From: a virus
Strand: one strand, 5' to 3'
IMG/VR virus record: IMGVR_UViG_3300019360_000147
Location: 1 to 64,000 of that record
Length of the DNA stretch: 64,000 nt
Shown: piece by piece, positions 27,544-37,041 of the stretch
How positions within the stretch are numbered: position 1 is the first letter of the stretch
Layout of the letters: each line of letters opens with the position of its first letter
The notes under the pieces: model-generated
What the model was told of the DNA's origin: nothing
Databases searched by the model: none
Seen by the model: only the letters and a program-made list of their open reading frames with translations
Made by a program: the position numbers and the translations under genes

Positions 27544-27691
27544 TGAGGCGCAGGGAATCATCTCCATCGGTTCCCAGGCCGGTTCCCGGGACGGGGCCTG
27601 GCGCCCGGAGCAGCCAGGGGACAGGATCGGCCAATGAGCACCCCAGAGACTCCCGCCAGTATCACCATTACCCGGGACTAAGGAGGGCACC

Positions 27692-28405
27692 ATGGCCAAA
27701 TACGACGTCGAGCATAGTTGCGGACACACCAGCGTGCAGCAGCTCTATGGCCCGGGCAAGGACCGCGAGAGCCGGATCGAGTGGCTGAGCGGGCGGCCCT
27801 GCGTGGATTGCTGGAAGGCCGCCAAGCGGGCCGAGGACGCGATCAAGCCCATCCGCGTTACCGCCGCTACCAACGGCCTGGACAAGGATGAGCAGGGCAA
27901 CATCCTGGCCGAGATCTATCTCACGGGCGGGACGGAGCCGCACAAGGACCGCATCAAGGCTTTGGGCTACTCGTGGGGCGAGGTGCGGGGAGGCGTGCTC
28001 AATTTCCTGTCCACAGCCTCCGCGCAGTGGGCGTGGATCAAGCGCCTGCCACTCCTCAGCTTGGGCGAGCGGGCGCCGGCGCTCCTCGCCGAGATCCGGG
28101 CCATCGACCCGCGAGCGGAGGGCCGGGTGGAGATCAATCTCTTGGACATCGAAATGGCCCGCAAGAGTTTGGCGGATCGCGAGGCACGGGTGGCGGCCAA
28201 CCCCAAGCCCGAGCGGCCGCCTTGGTACGCCACGCTGATGGCTGGCCCGGACGCGCGGTGGAATGGCAAGATCTACGGGAAGGAGCAGTACGGCTACCGG
28301 ATCTATATCAGCAACGTCGAGCATCGGATCACCAAGGATCAGGCAGCCGAGCTCACAGCCTACAACGAGGCCCGGCTGGCCCACAAGGCGGCCAAGACCG
28401 CCTGA
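27692..28405 (+). CDS. hypothetical phage protein
   Basis: SD AAGGAGG; MAKYDVEHSCGH...CVDC. Confidence 0.75.
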   Translation: MAKYDVEHSCGHTSVQQLYGPGKDRESRIEWLSGRPCVDCWKAAKRAEDAIKPIRVTAATNGLDKDEQGNILAEIYLTGGTEPHKDRIKALGYSWGEVRGGVLNFLSTASAQWAWIKRLPLLSLGERAPALLAEIRAIDPRAEGRVEINLLDIEMARKSLADREARVAANPKPERPPWYATLMAGPDARWNGKIYGKEQYGYRIYISNVEHRITKDQAAELTAYNEARLAHKAAKTA

Positions 28406-28417
28406 CAGGAGGACGCT

Positions 28418-28813
28418 ATGCAACCAATTGCGATAACCCGGGGGAAGGACATCCTCGCGCATCACACCACGGATTCTCCGCACTCGCATTATGGCCAGAC
28501 GGTCTGGCAGGTCGAGGACTCCGACCCGGCCCGGGGCCCGGCCATGTGGACCCAGGGCGAGCACGTGCAGCCCCTGACGATCCTCGGTGTGGTTGGCGGC
28601 TGGCTCATCGCCCGCCAACGCGACGGTCTCCTGTGTGGTATCCTGTGGAGCGATGGATCGTACTATGCCAACGTGATCGAGGCGCGCCGCACCCAGCGCC
28701 CCACCAAGCGGGCGACGCTGGCCACCCTGCGCTCTGCGCGCTACCAGGTGCGCGGGACCGTTGCCGCGGCCGCCTTTGACGCGGACAGCCCCTTGGGCTG
28801 TCTCCTCGCATGA
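28418..28813 (+). CDS. hypothetical protein
   Basis: SD AGGAGG; coupled to the next ORF. Confidence 0.65.
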   Translation: MQPIAITRGKDILAHHTTDSPHSHYGQTVWQVEDSDPARGPAMWTQGEHVQPLTILGVVGGWLIARQRDGLLCGILWSDGSYYANVIEARRTQRPTKRATLATLRSARYQVRGTVAAAAFDADSPLGCLLA

Positions 28814-29133
28814 CGCCCCGCCTTGTCCGCACAGACTTCGCCGTGAGCGGGCGCTGTGCTCGCTACTGGCTCCGCAGCGCCGCCGGCTCCGAGGCCGCCA
28901 TAGCCGTGGCGGAGGATGGCACCGTGGCCGGGCTGGATTTAGCGGCCGCCATACGAGACACAGGCTATGGCCCTTGGACCGTGATTCGCCGCGACGGTCA
29001 GGCCGTCCGGTATCTCGGTGTTATTGACCGCAGCGTCATCAGCCAGTCGGGGGCACGGCTCTGCGACCTGGACCGACCGCACGGGATGCGGTTTCAACTG
29101 CTGGGCCAGGTCGTGCCAACCAGGGAGGCGTGA
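28810..29133 (+). CDS. hypothetical protein
   Basis: ATGA overlap with the upstream gene. Confidence 0.55.
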   Translation: MTPRLVRTDFAVSGRCARYWLRSAAGSEAAIAVAEDGTVAGLDLAAAIRDTGYGPWTVIRRDGQAVRYLGVIDRSVISQSGARLCDLDRPHGMRFQLLGQVVPTREA

Positions 29134-29134
29134 C

Positions 29135-30172
29135 GTGAGGGGCGTCTTTCAGAAGGCCGGGAAGGGCGGGACCTGGTGGATTCGCTGGACCTGCCCCAAG
29201 GGACATCGGCACGAGGAAAAGGTCGGGCCGAAGGCTGCCGCAGTTCGCCTGGTCGAACGGCGCCGAGTGGCCGCGAAGCTCGACGCGTTCTGTCTGACCG
29301 AGCACCGGACTCGTGACGTTCCCCCCCTCTTCGGCGCGGCGACCAGGGACTACCTCGCCTGGGCAGCCCGGGACCGCCCCCGCTCCGTCCGATTCCGCCA
29401 GTCTGTCCTGGCCGCTGTCCTGCCAGTATTGGGCCCGCGCTCCGTCCCGGACATCACCGCACCCATGATCGAGCACTATCTGGCCGCCCGGCAGCACGCA
29501 GGGGCCACAGGCGCCACGACCAACCGGGATCGGGCGGTCCTCTCCCACCTCTTCGGCCAGCTCGTAGCCAAGGGCATCCTCCGAACGAACCCCGTCGCCC
29601 GCGTCCCGCGCCGACGAGAAGCACCCGAGGAACCCCGGCCCCTGACTCATGACGCAGAGGCCAGGCTGCTCATGGCCCTGGACCCCCTCGAGACGTCCAT
29701 CGCCCAACTGGCCCTCAACACCGGACTCAGGCTGGGAGAGATCACGGCCCAGGCCTGGCGGGACGTGGACTGGGAGGCCAGGGCACTGACCGTCACGGCC
29801 CCCAAAAGCGGCCAGCGGGAGGTGATTCACCTCAATCGCGTGTCCTGGGACCTCCTCGCCCGTCTCCCAAAGGACGGTTCGACGCTGTTTCCAACACTGC
29901 GGGCCGACTTCTCCCGGGTGTTTGCCCGAAAGGCCCGGTCAGTCAACCTTGACGTGACGTTCCACTGCCTGCGGGATACGTTCATCTCCAGACTGGCCCC
30001 GCATGTCTCGGGGCCAGTGCTGATGCAACTGGCGAGGCACCGGGATTTCCGGACGACGAGACGGTATTTGAAGGTGGATGGTCAGCACTTACGGGAGGCC
30101 ATCGAAAAACTTGTGGAGGCAGACTATGATGGATCAAACGCTGGCCGACTTGTGCCGACCCGACTGGACTGA
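29135..30172 (+). CDS. int: tyrosine recombinase/integrase
   Basis: Arm-like N-terminus WWIRW; LALNTGLRLGEI (R), FHCLRDTF (HxxR), ARHRDFRTTRRY (H, Y). Confidence 0.92.
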   Translation: MRGVFQKAGKGGTWWIRWTCPKGHRHEEKVGPKAAAVRLVERRRVAAKLDAFCLTEHRTRDVPPLFGAATRDYLAWAARDRPRSVRFRQSVLAAVLPVLGPRSVPDITAPMIEHYLAARQHAGATGATTNRDRAVLSHLFGQLVAKGILRTNPVARVPRRREAPEEPRPLTHDAEARLLMALDPLETSIAQLALNTGLRLGEITAQAWRDVDWEARALTVTAPKSGQREVIHLNRVSWDLLARLPKDGSTLFPTLRADFSRVFARKARSVNLDVTFHCLRDTFISRLAPHVSGPVLMQLARHRDFRTTRRYLKVDGQHLREAIEKLVEADYDGSNAGRLVPTRLD

Positions 30173-30452
30173 GACGGAGGAATCTTCGGGGCGAGAAGGA
30201 GGACGATGATGAGCATGCAGCCAGCGCAGGTTGCAGAATCTCCATCCGCATTCGGATCCACTTCCCATCCTCCCGAGCACCAGATCCGCCTGCCCCCGTG
30301 GGCCAGAGATCAGGCGAACGCCGCCTTCCGGTCTCAGGATGGTGCGGTGCACGAGCAGGCTGGTGAGATCCCGGAAGGCATCGGCGGCGGCCGAACCGCC
30401 AGCCTTGTAGGCCTCCGTGAGCCTACGGGCTTCCGCAAGGAGGGCGTCGCGT

Positions 30453-30659
30453 TCAGGCAGGGACAAAGAGCGGATCGCTCTCGGCGAGCAGGCTGGCGAG
30501 CGCGAGGAGATCCGCGACCGCACCGGGGTCTTCCAGGCGCCCCGAGCGGTAGGCCTGGACCAGGTCGCGGGCGGAGATATGCAGTCGGCGCTGTGCGCCC
30601 CGCTCAAGGCGCCGCGCAATGTCATCCCGGGTCAACTGGAGGATGCCGTTCTCTTCCAT
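30453..30659 (-). CDS. small hypothetical protein (antitoxin-like size)
   Basis: MEENGILQLTRDDIARRLERGAQRRLHIS; one of the few plausible minus-strand genes. Confidence 0.45.
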   Translation of the reverse strand: MEENGILQLTRDDIARRLERGAQRRLHISARDLVQAYRSGRLEDPGAVADLLALASLLAESDPLFVPA

Positions 30660-31057
30660 GGCTGGAACCCACTTCGGGGAGGGGACGCACCCCTCACGCC
30701 ATACCACCCCCCCATTCGGAAATTGGGGGATTTCTAGGGGGAACGATAGAACCCCAGGCTTCACGGTGTCAAGGGATTTCTCTCAATAGAACCCTCTCCC
30801 CGGCCTAGCGCGACGGCGCGAAAAGCGGTTCCCACACCGCTTGGGACTCCCACTGCCTGAAATTCCTGCACGAAACGTCACCAATCTGCGCCTCACCGGT
30901 CTCCAGTGTCCGAAATTGCATCACAGTGTCTGAAATGACATGACCGATTCCAACACACCCGCTTGACATCTGCCTACGGATTGAGCAAGGTGCGCCCGTG
31001 TGGAGTCCTGTCTGTCCTGACCCGCAACGGGTGGGGGATGTGACGTAGGAGAGCCCT

Positions 31058-31375
31058 ATGCCGTATGAAATCCTGATCGGGCACCCGCTGATCCTGGTCG
31101 CGAAGGGGAGCCTCACCGTGGGGAACGCCGCCATCGGCATTCCTGCCAGCGACCTCGACAAAGCCATGGGCGGGGATATGGAAGTGCTGCTCGGGGTGGA
31201 GACGGATCAGGTCCGGCTGAGTCCGGATGGGGTGGCGGCCACGACGACCGACATGTTGTTCGATGTCGGGGATAAGCTCCGTCTGGCCGGGCCAACGCTC
31301 TGTCGACAGATGACCATGATTCGGGTCACCGGGAACGCCACCGTCCGCTACTGGGTGTTTGGGAAGGCGATCTGA
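31058..31375 (+). CDS. hypothetical virion-associated protein
   Basis: SD AGGAG; beta-rich; first gene of the late region. TTGACA at 30963 upstream. Confidence 0.65.
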   Translation: MPYEILIGHPLILVAKGSLTVGNAAIGIPASDLDKAMGGDMEVLLGVETDQVRLSPDGVAATTTDMLFDVGDKLRLAGPTLCRQMTMIRVTGNATVRYWVFGKAI

Positions 31376-31518
31376 TGCAGAGTGACTTACGTCGCCGGTC
31401 CTGGATCGGGAGACTGCTCGACATCCCACGACTGTTCTGGACTCATCGGAAGCTGGGTCTGCCGGTGGGTCCGGCAATTCGGCTTGCCCTGCAAATCCTT
31501 CGATAGGGAGGGTTCCAC

Positions 31519-32121
31519 GTGAAACCGGTGCGGGCGTGGCACGTCGTGGGACTGCTGGCGGTCGCGTTCCTGGCGGGCCTGGGGGCGCGGGAGGTGGCCT
31601 CGCAGGTGTCGGTGGCGGCCTCCAGGCTGATCCTAGCCTACGTGCGGATCACGGGCGGCTCGGCCCTGTTGGCGCAGGAGGGGCTGTTCCTGCCGGCGGC
31701 CGGGCGGCTCGGGTTCGCCGTTGGGGGCACGAGCCAGTGGGAGATCGACCAGAGCGGCGACCTCGTGACCACGGCCGATAACACCGAGAATATCGGGAAC
31801 ATCGCGGGGCTGCGTCCGGCGAACGCGTACTTCGGGACCGCGGTGGCGGTCGGGAATGACCCGGCCAGCGCAGGAAGTTTCCGAATTGCCAGCGGGGGCA
31901 GTCTCCAGGCCCGGAACGGGACTGGCTCCGGCAACATCGTTTTGCTCCAGACGGACCTCGCCGACACCCTCATCATTGGCAGCGGCTCGCAGCTCACCAT
32001 CAGCGTGGCCAGCGCCAGTCCGCCCGTCGAGACCGGCATACGACTCCTCTGCGTCAGCGCGACCACGGGAAAAATTTTCTTTGGCCGCACCTTCAGCGCC
32101 GTGGGCGGGTGCGGGTCATGA
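31519..32121 (+). CDS. signal-peptide-bearing fibre-like protein
   Basis: Hydrophobic N-terminus; Gly/Ala/Ser-rich beta sequence. Confidence 0.7.
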   Translation: MKPVRAWHVVGLLAVAFLAGLGAREVASQVSVAASRLILAYVRITGGSALLAQEGLFLPAAGRLGFAVGGTSQWEIDQSGDLVTTADNTENIGNIAGLRPANAYFGTAVAVGNDPASAGSFRIASGGSLQARNGTGSGNIVLLQTDLADTLIIGSGSQLTISVASASPPVETGIRLLCVSATTGKIFFGRTFSAVGGCGS

Positions 32122-32290
32122 GGGGCCATCCGAAGACGGTCGGCCGCACGGAGGTCCCGCTCTTCCGCCGCGCGGACATGCAGGACGTCTCTACCCGCGG
32201 GCGCCCACGCGGTGACGCCCGGTTCACCCGCATCGGGACCGCCAAGCGGCTGGCTCGGGCCTGGCCGGAATGGGAGGCAGGAGGGACCCC

Positions 32291-32863
32291 ATGACCGATC
32301 TCCCGAAGGACGCCCTGGCCCCCGCCGATGCCCCCTGGCCGAGCAATCCCGCGTTCACGCGGAAGGAGGCCGGGGCGGCACGGGCGGCGGGGGGGGGCCC
32401 CATGACTGCCGAGATGGCGGAATTGGCGGCGGCCGCGACGAAACTGGGTGTGCCTCCCGAGGAGGCCTTCCGGCGTCTCGGCTACTCGGCGCGCGGGGCC
32501 AAGCAGGCGGTGCGCCACGAGCTCTTCAAAATGGCCTTTCTCCGTCTCTGCGAAGAGCACGGCTACACCAGCGGCGCGGTGGCGAAGCAGATGGTCGCGG
32601 GGCTTGGGGCCGACTACGTCGAGGTGGCGAAGCACGAGGGCAGCATCACCGACGAGAAGGCCTTCGCGGACCATCGAACGCGGCTCCAGTACGTGGACCG
32701 CTTCTTGGACCTGGAAGGCTTACGGACTCCGCAGGGGCGCCGGGAGCGTCCGGAGGAGTCCGATGCCCGGCCCATCCTGAACGTGCAAGCGGGCGGGAAC
32801 ATTCAGTTGGTGTATTTTGGAGAGGCGATTGAACCCAGTACAGACAGCGATCCCCCGCGATAG
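32291..32863 (+). CDS. putative terminase small subunit
   Basis: Directly upstream of TerL; helical, with DHRTRLQYVD near the C-terminus. Confidence 0.55.
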   Translation: MTDLPKDALAPADAPWPSNPAFTRKEAGAARAAGGGPMTAEMAELAAAATKLGVPPEEAFRRLGYSARGAKQAVRHELFKMAFLRLCEEHGYTSGAVAKQMVAGLGADYVEVAKHEGSITDEKAFADHRTRLQYVDRFLDLEGLRTPQGRRERPEESDARPILNVQAGGNIQLVYFGEAIEPSTDSDPPR

Positions 32864-32917
32864 GCTCCCGCAATTCGCCGAGACCTGCTGGAGCCACGGA
32901 GCTCGCGGACTCGGCTG

Positions 32918-34582
32918 GTGGCCGTGGATGGCCGAAGGATGCTCCTGACGCAGGCCGCTTCGAGTAAGTGGGCGACCAACCGGCCCGGTCCGACCGCCCA
33001 GCGCATTCTCCAGTGCCGGAAGCGGGTCATTGGCGTCGAGGGACCCGTCGGCACGGGCAAGTCCAGCATCTTCAGCCAGTATATCGCCGCCCATACGGCC
33101 GAGGCCCCGGGGGCGATCTGGATCGTCATCCGCCGCACCTACCGCATGCTCCGCGATAACACCGTGCCCACGTGGATGCAGTGGTTCCCCGACGGCTCGG
33201 CCGGCCGCTGGAGCGAGGCCACCGAGACCTTCTTCCTCGATTGCCGGTTCATGGGGAGATCCCTGAAAGGCGAGGTGCGGTTTCGGAGTGCCGAGCGTCC
33301 GGAGGACATTGATAAGTTCATGGGTGGGGAGTACGCGGGAGCAGTCCTTGAAGAGGTGACGGGGACCTACCAAGAGTCCGGCGGGCTCAAGGAGGACGTG
33401 TTCACCGGACTGGGCATGCGCCTGCGGCAGTCGGGAATCCCGTGGGCGTGCGAGGTCTGTCGGCGGCTGCTGCCGACCGGACTGATCCCGACGGATCCCG
33501 ACATGGAGTACACCGACTGCCCTGCGTGCGGGGCCAGCCGCCGCGTCCGGACACGCTATCACCTCGTCCTCGTCTTCAACCCGCCGACCCCCGGCCACTG
33601 GGTGGACAAAGAGTTCCCGCTGCCAGAGCGGGAGACGGAGAGTTCCGCCCACTTCCGCATCGGGCGCCGGGAGAACGCCCACAACCTGCCTCCTGGCTAC
33701 TACCAGGCCATCGCGACGCAGTTCAAGCTCAAGGGAGATTGGGCGGCCCGGTACCTGGACGGGGAGCGGGTGCCGATCGGGCGGGCCACGTCCATCTTCG
33801 ACACCGAAGCGATCTACAAAGCGCTGGAGGAGTGGGTGCGGGAGCCGCTCTACTGCTGCACGCTGAAGCGGGACGAGCGCGGGAAGATTGTCCCAGACAA
33901 GACCGCGAATGGGCCGATCCGCGTCTGGGAGCCGCCCAAGCCGCCCGACGAAGAGCAGTATGTGATGGGGTCCGACTCCGCGGAGGGGTTGGACGAGGGG
34001 GATCCCTCCTGCGCCTACGTCCAGTCCCGGCTGACCGGCAATATCGTGGCCGAGATCCACGGGCATTTTGTCCCGCGGCGGTTCGCGAAGGAACAGGCCA
34101 TGGTCGGATGGTGGTACAACGACGCCCTGATCTGCCCGGAGGTCGAGCCGTCGGCAGCGGGGCGATCAGCGTGCGACGCGCTGGAAAACCTCGGCTACGT
34201 GAACCTGTACCTCCAGCGGAAGGAGCAGCAGATCGGGGATCCGGTCGTGAAGCGGTACGGGTTGCCGATGACCCGGACGAACAAGAGCCGGACCGTGGGC
34301 AAAGCGCGCGAGGTCGTCGAGGAGCGGCAACTGAAGTCGCCTGTGCGGGAGTTCTGGCTGGAGTTGCTGAACTTCGTCAAGCATCCCGATGGCCGGATGG
34401 CCGCTGACATCGGGCTCAAAGACGATCGCGTCATGGCGTATCTGTGTACCTTGGAGGCGTATGACCGCGCGGGCCCGTGGAAGCCGAAGCCGAAAATCGG
34501 GCCCGCCCCGGATTGGATGGGGAAACTGCTCGGGTCCTATGCCGGTGGAGCTGCGGGGGACCGGGCGTGGATGGGAAATTGA
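32918..34582 (+). CDS. terL: terminase large subunit
   Basis: Walker A GPVGTGKS, Walker B AVLEE, FNPP; nuclease YVMGSDSAEG..DPS and DDRVMA. Confidence 0.92.
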   Translation: MAVDGRRMLLTQAASSKWATNRPGPTAQRILQCRKRVIGVEGPVGTGKSSIFSQYIAAHTAEAPGAIWIVIRRTYRMLRDNTVPTWMQWFPDGSAGRWSEATETFFLDCRFMGRSLKGEVRFRSAERPEDIDKFMGGEYAGAVLEEVTGTYQESGGLKEDVFTGLGMRLRQSGIPWACEVCRRLLPTGLIPTDPDMEYTDCPACGASRRVRTRYHLVLVFNPPTPGHWVDKEFPLPERETESSAHFRIGRRENAHNLPPGYYQAIATQFKLKGDWAARYLDGERVPIGRATSIFDTEAIYKALEEWVREPLYCCTLKRDERGKIVPDKTANGPIRVWEPPKPPDEEQYVMGSDSAEGLDEGDPSCAYVQSRLTGNIVAEIHGHFVPRRFAKEQAMVGWWYNDALICPEVEPSAAGRSACDALENLGYVNLYLQRKEQQIGDPVVKRYGLPMTRTNKSRTVGKAREVVEERQLKSPVREFWLELLNFVKHPDGRMAADIGLKDDRVMAYLCTLEAYDRAGPWKPKPKIGPAPDWMGKLLGSYAGGAAGDRAWMGN

Positions 34583-34641
34583 CGCGCAGGGCGCCGCGCA
34601 CGGAGCGCCAGGCGCACAGGGTGCAGCCCGCAGAGGGAAGA

Positions 34642-35490
34642 GTGCCGATTGCAGCGGGGCGGCTCTCCCAGCTCGCGGACCGGCCCGCCGTGTTTTGCAA
34701 CGTCTGCGCATCGCCGTGGCCGTCCATCCGATCCACGGCGCGGCATCAGGTCCAGAAGCATGGCTGGCGGAAGGCCGCTCTGGCGGGCGCCGCGATCCTC
34801 CTTCCTCTCATGGTCGGCCCTCTCTCCGAGGCGGCCGCCCCCACGGTCTCGCCAGCGAGCGTGACCTTCGCCCGCACGGTCGGCGGGCCCAACCCGCCCG
34901 CCCAGACGGTGCAGGTCACGGTCGCCCCGGCCCAGGCGTGGAAGATTTGCGACGGCATGCCGTGGGCGGACACCAGCATGCCCGGCGGCAGCGGGGCGAG
35001 CTGCCCGGCGGGCCAAGGCGGCTGGCAGCGGACCGGAGCCGGCTCGATCACGGTCACGCCGAACGCGACGATGGCGGGCCTCGCCGCCGGCACGTACCAG
35101 GAGACGATCACCCTGACCGCGGGCCCGGACGTGGTCCCGATCACGGTGACGGTCACCGTCAGCGCGGGGGCCAGACCGTCCGGTGGCGCGACGGGGCTGG
35201 GGATCTCGTTCCTCGCCGATCCCGTGGCCGGGCAGCCGGTCACGGTCCTGTGGAATGCGGCCACGGCCTACACCGACGGCAGTCCGCTGGCCAATCCAAC
35301 CTACCTCGTGGAGCGGAGCGAGCCGCCCGGAGCCTATCAGGAGCGCGTCCGGGACATCGCGGCCCTGACCTGGACCGACGGGGCGGTCATCACCGGCCGC
35401 CAGTATTGTTACCGGGCATTCACCCGGGATCCCGCGGGGCTCCAGTCGGCCCCGAGCAACGAGGCCTGTACAACTGCGGAGGTGCCATGA
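34642..35490 (+). CDS. membrane-anchored Ig/BACON-like + FN3 protein with N-terminal C2H2-like motif
   Basis: CNVC...HQVQKH, then a TM helix, VSPASVTF...GTYQETIT, and FN3 (YCYRAF...SAPSNEAC). Confidence 0.7.
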   Translation: MPIAAGRLSQLADRPAVFCNVCASPWPSIRSTARHQVQKHGWRKAALAGAAILLPLMVGPLSEAAAPTVSPASVTFARTVGGPNPPAQTVQVTVAPAQAWKICDGMPWADTSMPGGSGASCPAGQGGWQRTGAGSITVTPNATMAGLAAGTYQETITLTAGPDVVPITVTVTVSAGARPSGGATGLGISFLADPVAGQPVTVLWNAATAYTDGSPLANPTYLVERSEPPGAYQERVRDIAALTWTDGAVITGRQYCYRAFTRDPAGLQSAPSNEACTTAEVP

Positions 35491-35843
35491 GACGAGCAAG
35501 GATCATCCTCGGCGTTCTGCTGGCTGCCAGCTTCCTGCTGCCCGCTGCCAGCTTCGCCCTCCAGGCGACCCTGAGCTGGACCGACGGGGCGACGGGGGAA
35601 GACGGCTACCGGGTCGAGCGGCGGGACGGGCCGGACACTGCGCCCTGGGTGAGCCAGGGCACCGTGGCGTCGGGCGTCACGGCGTTCAATCAGGCGGGCC
35701 TGGCCCTCGGGACGCGCTATTGCTACCGGGTCGTTGCCTTTAATGCCTTCGGCGACACGACGACTGCCCCCCCCGAAGGGTGCGGGACGCCGGATCGGCC
35801 CCAGGGCGGCGCCACGAATCTGACGATTATCCTGGCGCCATAG
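35487..35843 (+). CDS. secreted fibronectin type III protein
   Basis: Signal peptide; LSWTD..EDGYRVER...YCYRVVAFN. Confidence 0.85.
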   Translation: MRRARIILGVLLAASFLLPAASFALQATLSWTDGATGEDGYRVERRDGPDTAPWVSQGTVASGVTAFNQAGLALGTRYCYRVVAFNAFGDTTTAPPEGCGTPDRPQGGATNLTIILAP

Positions 35844-35945
35844 AGGTTCCATGCCCACGCGCACGACACTCGCTACTCCAGCGATCAGGCAACTCGTCGT
35901 TGAAGGCGGCATCCCGGCATTGCCGACGAATCTGAGGATTGTGCC

Positions 35946-36311
35946 ATGGCTACCCTGATAGGCCGGACACGCGTTGCTCCGGATGTCCCGCTCGAAACCG
36001 CACCAGTCCTGATCGAAGGTCTGCGGGAGTTTCGGGTGCGCCTGAATCCGAATGTGATTGATTTTGACGACCCCGATCTGCGAATCACGGTGAGTATATG
36101 GCTCAGTACTGATGCGGGTGTGACCTGGGGGTACGAGACTCTTGCCACGATTGTAGGCGGGGCGCGAGGCAAGGACGGTAATTTCCCGTTCGTAGGCGTT
36201 GGTTTTATCAGTCCTGCCGGAGAAATCCCATTTCCCGCAGGCACGTTAGCCAGGGTGCGATATCAACATAATCTCTCCAAGCGCATCGGACTAGATTCGG
36301 AGACGCGGTAG
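35946..36311 (+). CDS. hypothetical protein
   Basis: ORF in the late operon. Confidence 0.6.
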   Translation: MATLIGRTRVAPDVPLETAPVLIEGLREFRVRLNPNVIDFDDPDLRITVSIWLSTDAGVTWGYETLATIVGGARGKDGNFPFVGVGFISPAGEIPFPAGTLARVRYQHNLSKRIGLDSETR

Positions 36312-37007
36312 ATGGCCCTCGCGTATGACCAGCAAACTGTGCAGGCCCGTTCAGCGGGCGTGGACAGTCTCCAACAAACCACTGGCCAGGCGGTGGACGC
36401 GGGCGACTTGGTGGTGGTATGCGTCTCAACCTGGTTTGCAAACGGAACGCCTGGTACGTGGGTCGTCACCGACGACGCTTCGCAGACATATACTGAGGCC
36501 ATTGATACTAGCAATCAGGCCCAGCAAGGCCAAGTAGCTATCTTCTATAAGGAGAATCACCCCGGCGGCACCATCAAGGTTACAGTTAATCCAGATGGTA
36601 GCAGCGCAGACATTGACTTCACAGTCAGCGAAGTGAGCGGGGCTGCCACATCGGGGGCGCTGGATAAAACGGCAGCGAATTCGAGTGCTGGCACTTCGGT
36701 TGCGACCGGGGTACTTTCGCAGGCTAACGAAATTATCTTCGGTATATATACTCACCAGGGTGCGACAAGTACCCTCAGTCCTGACACGGCCGGTGGCTAC
36801 ACAGAGATTGGCGAGAACGAAAATAACGCCGGAGGTCAGTGTTATAACGCCCAGTATAAAATCGTGGCCAGCACGGCGTCTGACACGGCAGACTGGACGG
36901 GTCCGAGTGGCGAGTGCTGTGTTGCCACATTCAAAGAAGCGGCGGCGGGGGCGGCGGCGAAGGCGCATCCGGCATTGCTGGCCGGGCCGGCGGCGTGGTG
37001 CCCGTGA
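36312..37007 (+). CDS. beta-rich virion/receptor-binding-like protein
   Basis: Thr/Ser/Gly-rich; GDLVVVCVS, EVSGAAT. Confidence 0.65.
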   Translation: MALAYDQQTVQARSAGVDSLQQTTGQAVDAGDLVVVCVSTWFANGTPGTWVVTDDASQTYTEAIDTSNQAQQGQVAIFYKENHPGGTIKVTVNPDGSSADIDFTVSEVSGAATSGALDKTAANSSAGTSVATGVLSQANEIIFGIYTHQGATSTLSPDTAGGYTEIGENENNAGGQCYNAQYKIVASTASDTADWTGPSGECCVATFKEAAAGAAAKAHPALLAGPAAWCP

Positions 37008-37041
37008 TCTGACGGAGCCTAGCGACGAACGAGGACCATGA

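Noticed and set aside
30173-31057. tRNA or attP next to the integrase
   Set aside because: No cloverleaf, T-loop/CCA motif or duplicated core was recognised.
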